This document shows, piece by piece, positions 35,671-47,132 of a DNA stretch of 64,000 nucleotides (position 1 is its first letter; each line of letters begins with the position of its first letter). The stretch is from NCBI GenBank assembly GCA_051294375.1, contig CM119267.1:13525081-13589080 (forward strand). Direction: 5' to 3'. The position numbers and the translations under genes were made by a program. Source of the DNA: Paraspadella gotoi (lineage: Eukaryota > Animalia > Chaetognatha). The notes beneath the pieces are model-generated. The model searched no databases, was not told the DNA's origin, and worked only from the letters and a program-made list of their open reading frames with translations.

Positions 35671-36669
35671 GCGAGATTTCTATACGTCGCTGATAAGAAG
35701 CGGAAAAAAAAATAACCGACCGCAAAATCCCGATCGGCGAATGTAAAAAGCCTTTTTTAGTCGGATCTGCTGCAGATCCCGACTCTATAATTCACTTTGT
35801 CGGTCCGTCAAAAAAAAGGAGAAGAAGATTTTTTAACTGCTTAGATTACATGGGACAATTTTACAAGCGCCGGTAAAAAAAAAAGTCATTTGCAAACCAG
35901 TATTTATTTCATTGATTTTAAGAATTAGTTGAGTAGAAAATATTAAAGTCATTTGTGTTCAAATTTTATATTGATCATTAAGATATGCCTTGACAATGAC
36001 TGGAGAAATTGAGCTTTTCATTCAATTTTTTTTTTAACTTTTAACACTTTTTTAAAAACAAATATATTATTAAGATATTAACAATAAAAGTGAATTATCT
36101 AAAATTTTTAAATCTTATTTTAAAATATATAAGCTGTTTAAATTATTATAAACAATAAATAATTAGTATATTATATATATTATATAAGTATCATGAAAGA
36201 TCCTTAAAAAAAAAGGATTTAAGATAGCCAATCACAATTTGCTAAAAATCTTTATTTCACCCTCCAGCTATTGATTTTTGGAAAGATGTTTCGTTTTTAA
36301 ATATCCTAATTAAATTAAAGCTAAGCCGGTTAAATTTTATACTACAGTATTCGTAAGTACGTATATTATCTTTAGATTGGAAAAGGCTTTCAGAAGATAA
36401 TAATATTAATATTATTTTATTTCAAATTTCTTCAGAAAACTTACTGAAAGTAAGAAAAAAAAAATCGAATTTAAAAAAAGTGAGTTTAAAAATCAAAGAC
36501 GATTTTCAAATCCATCTTCCAGCTATCATTACTGAGGCATATCAAAGACGATCCTGATAAAATTTTAACACAAATGACTAATATTTCTATCTAATTTTCT
36601 ACTAATTCTTAAAATCAATGAAATAACCACTGGTTTGCAAATGACAGCGTTTTTTTAGCGGCGCTTGTA

Positions 36670-36694
36670 NNNNNNNNNNNNNNNNNNNNNNNNN
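36670..36694. other. Assembly gap (25 N)
   Basis: N run. Confidence 1.
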
Positions 36695-37199
36695 TCGGGC
36701 ACTTCATGTCAGAACATCGAATTATGATAAATATATGCAAAAAAAATTGATATCCGTCCGTCCGTCTGTCCCACCTTTGCCAAAAAAATGTTGTGTGTAG
36801 GTAGGGAAGTGTGTGATTGAGCTGGAATATGAAGTTTCGAGGAATCGTCTTAGTGGAAATGAGTTTAAAATAGAAAAAATAAAAAAACCTGTTTCACTAA
36901 TTGATATAGCTTCTTTTTCTTTTATATTAAATTTAATGCAAGATGTATTAATTAATCAAATAATTAAGCAGTTAATTAATCAATAATTAAATAATCAGTC
37001 AATCAATTAAGTCAATCGTTATCTGCATTATTCTTATCGTCATCATTGCTTTATGTCGTGGTTAGTGATGAAAAAGACCTAAAAAATAAACATTTGGGAT
37101 CAAATTAATTAATTACCGAATGATCGTGGGCAATCCGACATTGCTCCAAACTTGTTTCTTTATACCATTTACCTTCGCTTTTCTCGATTCATGCCAAAC

Positions 37200-39760
37200 C
37201 ATAAGTCTGGGGTTGACAGACCTATGGAAAGCATTTGATAATACAACTATTTTCTTTTAACAAAAATTGATAAAAGTGAATGAAGAGAGCTCGTCTCATC
37301 TTTATGTGTAGTCTCCATTTCGGGAAGTTCCCAAATAATAAACCTTCTAATACCCACACTCCCACTCTGACTATTGTGCGTTTGCCTCCAATATCTACTT
37401 TATACGTCACAACTATAATCAAAAACAGAGCATTAGGTATTAAGAGTCTCGGTTTAGGTATGAAAACTATATTTTTAATTATCAAATCTCTTATCTCATC
37501 CCCATAATACACGCATAAACATTGAAACCCTAAAATCACTTAACCGTATAATCTTACCCGAACGCATTAATTAACCAATAGGGTCTAACCTCCGGCAGAC
37601 TTATTAACCGTTTAAAAAAATCAAATTAATACATTAGATATTAATTTGTTATATACGTGTTCCTTCTTAGTGGTATTGGTTTATGTCTGTGATATTTTCT
37701 AGTTTAAAAAATAATAACTATTCGACATGTTTCGGCTTAAATGTAAACTTTCATAAGCGCAAAAACGAATTGATTTGTGAAAGAAATATTTCACAGACTT
37801 TGAAGTTTGAAGAAAGAAAAGTCTGTTAAAGATTTTTGTCACAAATAATTCATGTTTTTGCCGCTGATTGAGCCTTATATTGAAGCATGAAATTTGTTTG
37901 TTAATAAAACTCGTACGTAAACAAACAATTCATTTTCTAACTCAAACATGAAAATAGCAATTAAATAAATTAAAACAATTATTTTTATTATAAAATTATA
38001 GGGAAAACAAAATTAAATGGATTAACAAAGCACCGACCGTGGTAGCTAAAAGTGGTTGCGGACGTTGAATGGTAAAGTTACCCGGAAAAAAAATCTTTAA
38101 AATAAATATAAACAAAGATAAAATTCCTAAATCACCAATCATATCATGATTTACTCAGGGTACCAATATTCTAATCAACGAAATTAAAATTAAGCGAACT
38201 GAACTTTTTAAATATTTTCATTTATATTAAATTAACTTCTGATTTTGACATTCCAATTTCCTTAAATTGTCAAGAGAATACCGTTCTCCTCCCTATGGAG
38301 CGTCAAGTCGACTTGTCTTTACATGAGATGTGGACGTCCCTCAAACGAAACAGTCTAAGCCGAACGAGAATCGTCGCATGAACGATGAAAGCCTGCGTAC
38401 TGAAGAATGCTTCGATCGGTGGGTTAAAAAGAAATCCTTACATGATGCTGGGCAGGGGATCCCACCGTCGGGTCTTGAACGTTGTCGAACCTCCCGACTC
38501 CTCTCCTTCGATGCGTCGCGCTAATTCCCTGTCGTGGATACTATCGCGAGTGAGAGTCGAGAAACAGCTTTTTCTCAGTTTGTTACATTATTAGTCTACT
38601 GGGGCAAGTTATGTTTAAATTATTTCCCTTTTCATTATTTTGAGACCTGATAGTAACGATACGTCGTGAATTTAAAATCGTGGATACATATCTAGTTAGA
38701 CGTTTCTGGTAGCAATTATGTTATAATTGAACTTTTTGACGGTATTTCATAGTTTTTGTTTAAGTTCTATTTTCTTTGACTTATTTGTCATGTCAATGTT
38801 CTTTCCTGTTTAGCGAATCAACTTGAAGTGACAGTTATGAGTGGAATGAGCCGTCGAAAATGTCGACGCCTTCCACCCGGCCGAGAGTTAATTGTTGACC
38901 TGACAGAGACGAGTGACGCTGAAGAGGAAACCTACGTCTGTCAGACGCTGTCATCGCGCACCCGTCTATCACAAGCTTTGAATGAGCGCATCAGCTGTGG
39001 TCCCGAAGTTCGTCCCCGTGACACCCTTCCGTCAATCGTTTAACGTTTCAGACGTGATGCAGATCTTTTCGCAAGCGGTTGTTCAAGTTATCCTTCTTTC
39101 CATTCTTCTTCCCCTTATTCATCTTCTGGTTCCCCTTCTCCTACGGGCGGAATGGAGGTACACGCTTTTCCCGCAGGCCGTTACAAATATTACAATCAAG
39201 CGTCGACACAGACCCTGTCGTCTTTGGCTGGGGATTATCTTGGCTGGGGATTACCTTGCAAGATGTTTGGAGCCTTTTCTGTTTCCCGCATGTCCAAGAT
39301 TTATTCTCGAGCAAAAAAAGATATCAGTTTAAGGGCGTGGACGAGCTTATCCGATTTCAGTGCAGCGGGTTTTTTCACTAAATTCCGAATGGCGTTGGAA
39401 GTGGGGTTCGACTGGCATTCATTCTTTTCAGGCGCGCACAAGCGTCGGAAGGATATCAAGCTGGAGGAAAAATCGCCACACTAAACAGTCTAATGGAGGG
39501 AAATGTAATCGAACTCCATTGGCGCGCCTTTGACAAATATCGATTTGATATGTTTATTCGGCTGTACACGCTCCCAGCTACACCTCAGGTTGAATATTCA
39601 ACATAACTTCACCATTAGAAAATGTTTCTCTTCATCAAGCTTTTACTTTAAACTTTACTGAGACAACATTTAGCTAAACAACATTTTAATTTAAATGGTT
39701 TATAATTTATATCTTTAATGAAACTTGGTTACAAACAATATAAAATTATCCATTCATTAA
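37200..39760 (+). other. Inverted, indel-riddled copy of ~32830-35250; probable long-read gap-fill artefact
   Basis: Reverse complement of the SIM-motif gene 5' part with dense 1-bp indels, becoming garbled toward 37200; close to a 25-N gap. Confidence 0.75.
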
Positions 39761-40544
39761 TTGTTATTATGTAGACTTTAAAATTTTAAAATAAAAAAAA
39801 AATTAATTTCACTATATATTCAATTTAATTATATATATATAAATATAAAGTATATTCTTTTATAATGCAATGGGGAGAGGGATGTTAGTGTTCTCTTCTG
39901 GAAATAGTGTAGATGTACATAATTATATTTCACTGGCAGAAATAGCATATGATCACAATAACATAAGATAAGAAAAACTGTGCTCCATATCCCTCTTGAA
40001 TACTTATGGAAAACATAAAAAAAAAAAAAAAAAATTAACAAATTAAAAAAAAAAAATTTTCAGACCATGCTCACAGAGAATTATAATTTTGATTAAAAAA
40101 TAAATAAATCAAAAAAATAAAAACATAAGATTGTGATAAAATCGATTGGGAAAAATCTGATTTTTTTTCAAAATGCAAAATCATTTCACAAGTTCCTTAT
40201 TTATAATTCTCAATGAGACATGTTTTTTTAGAAAATTTCAATATTCAACTTTTTAATTAAATAAATTTTAAAATTTTAAAATATTTTTATACCTAAAGTT
40301 CTAAGAAGATGATTTTTCCAAAAAAGTTACTTAGATATTTTTTAAAACGCCAAACAAGTCACAGCCACAAAATGAATAAAAAAAATAGAAAAAAGCAATA
40401 TTGTTTTGTCATTCTGATTTAGAGATATTTGGTTGATTGTTATGCCTTAAATTTCCTTTAAATGAAAAAATAATATATTTAAAAGATAGTAGTAAATTGA
40501 GTTTGAATATAACTTTTTTACTGAACAAGTTTGTTATGATTCTT

Positions 40545-40950
40545 TCTTTTCGTTGTGTTTATAAATTAGGAAAAACAGTTTTTAAAGGTCAACAACGATT
40601 TTTATTATTAGATATAAGTCGGACAAGTTTCAACTTTATTAAGAGTCTTCTTCAGCGATCTTTAACAATCAACAATTTTCTCTCTTTAACATTAGCTTTG
40701 AGAGTGAGAGAGAGAGAGAGGGAGGGAGATTCCAACAAAGAATTTAGAAAGGACAGTGGTCAGATGTGAGGACAGGTGAAGGTAAGGACAGGGAAGAAGA
40801 TAAGATAAGATTGGTGAAAAATTGATAGAGAGAGAGAGAAGCAACAGAGGCAGAGAAAATAATTACAACAGAATAATAAATGGAAAAAACTTAATACTAA
40901 ACTAGTAATAACAAAAGAAATTAATAATTTAGTTAACTATTAAGAATTTC
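40545..40950 (-). mobile_element. Penelope-like 3' end/pLTR fragment
   Basis: CCAACAAAGAATT..AAAGGACAGTGGTCAGA is the reverse complement of the shared PLE block. Minus-strand CTGAAGAAGACT...GAAACTTGTC at 40622-40655. Confidence 0.7.
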
Positions 40951-41629
40951 ACATTTCATTCTTGAAAATTTTTGAGTTGAAACTTGAGTTTAACCCAGAT
41001 GAATTACAATTACGATGGTTAGAAATTTTGTCACCGTTTCAAGCTACTTTTAGCCTGATTTTTTACATATTTTGATTATCTTTGCGATCTTACTGATGAA
41101 AAAAAGTCATGGTAAAGAGAGCCTATGTTCGTTCGGAAAAGCCAAGAGAGACAAGCCACTTGATAATCCATTCTCTGCGTTGATATGCTAACCCTCACTA
41201 CCCCTAATCCCTAACCACCCCTAACTCAATTGCTTACCGTTTAAAAAATATAACAAATATATATATATATTCTTTTATTTTGATGCATTATTTGTTTAAG
41301 GTACAAAATGAATTGTTTATGTACAACGTGTTTTATTAAGAAATATCAATTTCGGACATATTCCGGCTTCAATGTAAGCCTTCATAAGCGCAAAAACGAA
41401 TTGATTTGTGAAACAAATATTTTCACAAAGTTTGAAGAGAGTCTGTAAAATATTTGTTTCATAAGTCAATTCATTTTTGCGCTGATGGAGGCTTACATTA
41501 AAGTCCGAAATTTATGTTTTTTAATAAAACTCGTTGTACATCAACAAACAATTGATTTTCTACCTCAAACATAAGGCATTCCTGGAGATCAATGCCCTCT
41601 GGAGGTCTATGGGAAAACGAAGAGTAAGG

Positions 41630-44457
41630 TTTTTCTTTAAAAGAATTAACGGAAAAAAGAAGAACGAAATGGAACGGAAGAGGATAACGTTTCGGGGGAA
41701 AAAAAAGGAATTCAGATATCATAATTTTTTTTTAATATTTTTTTATTTTTGTTATATAAAATTGGTACAATCAATATATATTTAGGTAAAAATTAAGGTT
41801 AAAATAAATTATGGTTAAGAATAAATTAAGTGTAAGTTAACTAAAAAAATAAATTAAGGTTTAAAATAAGTTAGGGTTAGGGGTAAGTTAGGGGTAGAGG
41901 TAAGTTTAGATTAGGGGTAAGTTAAGGGTAAATTAAAGTTAAATTTAAAATTAAGTTTCGGCTTAAGTATACAATAATTTAACATTTCCAAAAAAAATAT
42001 TTAAATATTAATAAATTTATAAAAAATATAATAATAACATTTACAAAGTAACAGTTTTTATTTATGATTACAATGGTCATTTAATAATTCGGAGAGAGTG
42101 AGAGATATCAAGGTTAAAATTACCTCTCTCTCTATCTCTGAAAGTTAGTATCCAAATATTTATTAAAACTATTAAAACTGGTTGATGAAGGTTCAAAAAA
42201 CAAGAACCAAAACATATATATCCGAATTATTAAATGATTGTTGTTATCACAAATAAAAATTTATTTTATAAAGGCAATAAAAAATATTATAATTAATTTT
42301 TTTAAAGAATTAAAAAAAAATCCTTAGCTCGTAAAGCTTAAAAACGTTTTTAATATCATTGTTGTTACGGTATTAAATTTTCTTTTCCATAAAGAAACAA
42401 ACTTTATTTTTTCCTCTTCTTTCTCTTTGTTTTCCCATAAGCCTCCAGAGGGAATTCAACTCTGGGATCGCCCATAAAAATATCAATTAAAATAAACTTA
42501 AAACTATTATTTATTATAAAATAAAAAAATTTGTATATTACTGTGCAAACTAAGACTCGACGCTAAAGCGAAAGGGAAAACAAAATTAAATGGATTAACA
42601 AAGCACCGACCGCTGGTATCTAAAGTTGGAAAAAAAAAGTCGAATAAGAATTTAAAGATTGTAAATAAAATTTTAAAACATTTAATTAAATTTATATTTA
42701 TGATTAAAAAATATCCTACTCCCGAAAATATAGACTGTTCCCAGACAAATATAAATCTTATGTTCTTTGATTTCCATTATCCTAAAGCGCCCTCTCAAAA
42801 CATTTTCAGTTTCGCTTTCCCAGACAAAAGACATTTAAGTACAGTTTTGTAAGTTTTAAGATAAAATTTTGCGGGTGTGTAAAAAAGTGTGTAATTGAGC
42901 TGGATATACAGCTTTGATGGAATCGTCCAAATAGAAATGAGTTAAAATAAAAAAAACCTTTTTAATTATTGGATTATGCTTTTTCTTAAGGAATTAACGG
43001 AAAAAAGAAGAACGAAATGGAACGGAAGAGGATAACGTTTCGGGAAAAAAAATAAAGGAATTAAGATATCATAACTTATTTTTAATATTTTTTATTTTTA
43101 TTATATAAAATTGGTACAACCATTATATATTTGGGTAAAAATTAAGGTTACAATAAATTATGGTAAAGAATAAATTAAGAATCTCTGAAAAGGTATCCTA
43201 ACCGGAAGTAAAGTGACGAGAATGTGGGAAACTAATATATTGACGGAAGGAAAATCTATACTGAGACAAAAATGAGGGTAAAAAAAGGGAGAGAGTCTAG
43301 TAGGAGAAGAGAGAAAGGTGAACTGAATCTCGTGAACGCGGCCCCGAATCCCTGGGAGGAGGATGAAGAGGAGGTGAATGAGAAGGAGGGGGTAATAGAC
43401 CCGCGTCTGTCTATCACCTTATATACTGGGCCCCTCTCTTGGGTCAAGATGGCGTATCAGGCCTTGAATGGCGTGAGACGTCATCGTGCTGGTGCGTAGT
43501 GAGAGTGCCTAACCGTGCAGAGACCGTGAATGAGAGGAGGGGATAAAGAAGAGAATGGGTTTGGGTGTGGGGTACAGTTCATCATATAAAACAAATCAAA
43601 TTGGGGGGGGTCACAGTCTTAATAGAAACAGGTGGGGTTGATGATGATATTTGAAGCAAGGTGATTAAAGTTTGTATTTGATTGTGGTGATAATTTGGCG
43701 ATATAGTTGAGGGGGAGAACATAGAAAACAAGATGATTGGGGCGGAGTGGTGATATATCATGGTGATTAACATTGGTGATTAGTTTCAGTTCATTTGTTA
43801 GATGATATTGATGATTATGTAAATGTAAGTTAACTAGAAAAATAAATTAAGGTTAAAAATAAGTTAGGGGTAAGTTAGGGGTAAGTTTGGGTTAGGGGTA
43901 AGTTAAGGGTAAATTAAAGTTAAATTTAAAATTAAGTTTTGGCTTAAGTATACAATAATTTAACATTTCAAAAAATAATATTTAAATATTAATAAATTTA
44001 TAAAAAATATAATAGTAATATTTACAAAGTAACAGAGTTTTTATTTATGATTACCATGGTCATTTAATAATTCGAAAAGAGTGAAAGATATCAAGGTTAA
44101 AATTGCCTCTCTATCCCAAAGTTAGTATCCAAATATTTATTAAAACTATTAAATCTGGTTGATGAAGGTTCAAAAAACAAAAAGCAAAACATATTCGAAT
44201 TATTAAATGATCGTGGTTATCACAAATAAACTTATATATCTATCAAAGGCAATGAAAAAAAATATTATAATTAAATTTTTTAAAGAATTAAAAAAAAATC
44301 CTTAGCTCGTGAAGCTTAAAAACGTTTTTAATATCATTGTTGTTACGGTCTTAAATTTTCTTTTCCGTAAAGAAACGAACTTTATTTTTTCCTCTTCTTT
44401 TCGTTTTCCCATAACGCATAAGCCTCCAGAGCGAATTAAACTCCGGGATCGCCCATT
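41630..44457. repeat. Direct duplication of an ~850-bp unit (41630-42475 and 42980-44457); the second copy carries a ~640-bp insertion at 43180-43823
   Basis: GAATTAACGGAAAAAAGAAGAACGAAATGGAACGGAAGAGGATAACG ... GCCTCCAGAG..GGGATCGCCCAT occurs twice; each unit has TTAGGGGTAAG repeats and a decayed hammerhead fold-back. Confidence 0.8.
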
Positions 44458-45984
44458 TTTCATATGTAAATGTAAGCTGTATTAAATAATTATTAATTAA
44501 TTTATATATTTATTTGTTAATTAATATTTTTTTATTTGTTTGTTAATGCAGAAATGAGTATAATAATAATTGGTTATTTTTTAAACTCGAATTTGGCCTA
44601 AGATATTGATGTGAAATGTCCTCTCTCTCTCTCTCTTTGTACACTTGACCAGTTATTATTATCTTTCCCTCGATTATGCTCTAAGGTCATTGTTTACTTA
44701 ATTGACAAATATCTTCTGTAAACACTCTAGAATCCCGCTCATAACAAGTCGCTTACCAATTATTTCTAGATCTCTTCATTGATGAGCCCGACTTCCGAAC
44801 ACAACAGCAACAACACTTTCAGGCGATATGCCTCAATCTGGCGATACACTTTCCGCCAACAACACATCAGGCGACATGCCTCAACTTGGTAATGAACTTT
44901 CCACCAACAACAATTCACTGAAGAGACGTAACAGACGGGACACGGTGCCACATGCCTCCAGGAAAATATCCTGACCCAGTAGCGGGTAATCTAATTTTAA
45001 AAGAAAGGTTCAATAGTAAGCGATCTGAAGGGCTTATACAGAGAAAAACAACATTCCAATCCAAACCTATCTTTTTCTATGGTTTACCTATCTTTGACGC
45101 CTTTTCGATGTAAACATTCTTTATTTATATTGATACAGTTCCTTATTAAATGTACATAATATAATTTGTAATATGAGATCATGAAGCTTTTTTATCCTTC
45201 TTTCAGAAAACCTTTTTGCGGTATTTAACATTTTTAAGCATTATTGGATGTAAATTTACTATTCATTTTGAGGAAAAAGACAAGTTTTTAATATAATTGG
45301 CTCGTTTAATTATAATTGATAATATAATTGGTTTTACTTATCTTTAATACATAACAAAGTTTTAGCATGAGCATGTCGTTGCGGTTTTTCTTAATCTTTA
45401 AAAATGGAGAGAAATGATTTTTTCATTGTATTTGTACAGTCCCAAATAATTATTTTTATATATAAGAAATTAATTACAAAATGATTAAAATTTGGCTTAC
45501 CTTTAAGTTACTGGTTTAAATAGGTTTAATTTCTACGCAAACGGTCAACTATTTTAATAGTTAGGACTATCATTTATTGATAATAGTGTATTGCGGTTTT
45601 ATGCGGTTTTGAGTTTTAACAGAGAAATAAGCTTTACAAGGAAACGGGTCAAATCGTCCAAATTACTAAGAAATTAAATACAAAATGAGGAAAAAGTTAA
45701 TTTTACTTTCAGTTACTCGTTTATTAATGTTTAATCAAAGAGAACACTTATATTATTCTTAACAGTCAGGACTGTGATAAACTAATCCTTATGCTTTGCG
45801 GATTTATGTGGTTTTAAGTTTTGACAGAATAATAAGCTATATCAGGAGAGCAGTTAAATCTTTGAATTTACTAAGAAAATAACTACAGATAAAAATTTCA
45901 ATTCAAATAACGATGAAGATAATCCAATTAAGTAATGAGCTTTTATTAACAATCTATAATAGCAAAATTATATACAATGTTTGA

Positions 45985-46020
45985 AGAGAGACAAAGCAAA
46001 TCTGACAAGAAAAAAAAATA

Positions 46021-46054
<34 letters not shown>

Positions 46055-46173
46055 AGAGAGAAAAAGCGAATCTGCCAAAAAAATAGAGAGAGAAAAAGAT
46101 AGAAAGAGAGAGAGAGAGAGAAAAAAAAACAAAAAAACGAGAGAGAAAAAGCGAATTTGACAAGAAAAAAAAT

Positions 46174-46218
<45 letters not shown>

Positions 46219-47094
46219 AAAAAAGAAGAGAAAAAAAGCGAATCTGACAAAAAACAAAATATAGAGAGTGAAAGAGAGAGAGAGAGGAGAGAGAGAGAAG
46301 GAAAGAGAGAGAGAAAGAGAAAAAAAAATAAAGAGAGAGAGAGAGAAAGAAAAAAGTAAGAAAGAAAGAGAGAAAGATACAGAGAGAGAGAGAGAGAGAA
46401 AAAAAAGAGAAAAAAAAAATTTGACAAGAAAAAAAAATAAAGAAAAAGAAAGAAAGAAAGAAAGAAAGAAAAAAAGAATAAAAAGGAATGAGAGATAGAG
46501 GGAAAAAGAGATAAAGAAAAGATGAAAAAGAAGAGACAAAGAAGAGACAAATAATAACAACAAAATTATGTAATGTATTTATGAAACCGTAAGTTTATTT
46601 ATTAATTTCTTAATTAAAATGTTATTTGCATATTGCAGTATTTTAATAATAAAAATCTTCAGACTATATATTATTGTTTAGTTAAAAAATAGAGAGAGAG
46701 AGAAAGAGAGTGAGAGAGAGAGAGAGAAAAAAAAGAAGAGAGAAAAAGCGAATCTGACAAAAAAAATATAGAGAGTGAAAGAGAGAAAGAGAGAAGAGAG
46801 AGAGAAAGAAAAAAAAATTTGAGAAAAAGAAAAAAAATAGAGAGAGAGAGAAAGAAAAAAGTAAGAAAGAAAGAGAGAAAGATACAGAGAGAGATAGAAA
46901 AAAAGAGAAAAAAAACGAATTTGACAAGAAAAAAAATAGAGAGAGAGAAAGAGAGAAAGAGAGAGAAAAAGAAAGAAAGAATAAAAAAGAGATAGAGGGA
47001 AAAAGAGATAAGGAAAAGAAGAAAAAGAAGAGACAAATAATAACAACAAAATTATGAAATGTATTTATGAAACCGTAAGTTTATTTATTAATTT
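45985..47094. repeat. GA-rich tandem duplication (units ~45985-46610 and ~46685-47094)
   Basis: Recurrent AAAAAGCGAATCTGACAA..GAGAGA subunits; both units end ATAACAACAAAATTATG..GAAACCGTAAGTTTATTTATTAATTTCT. Confidence 0.85.
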
Positions 47095-47132
47095 CTGATG
47101 AAGACTCGAAAAATAAAGAGTCGAAACATGTC
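47095..47132 (+). ncRNA. Minimal type I hammerhead ribozyme
   Basis: CTGATGA-A-GACTC-gaaaaataaa-GAGTC-GAAAC-ATGTC; the 5' strand of stem I is not preserved. Confidence 0.65.

Noticed and set aside
38330-39484. Plus-strand ORFs resembling the 33-34 kb gene
   Set aside because: Fragments of the indel-ridden inverted copy, a likely assembly artefact.
45946-47049. Long F/L/S-rich and K/R/E-rich ORFs
   Set aside because: Translations of GA/CT microsatellite sequence.
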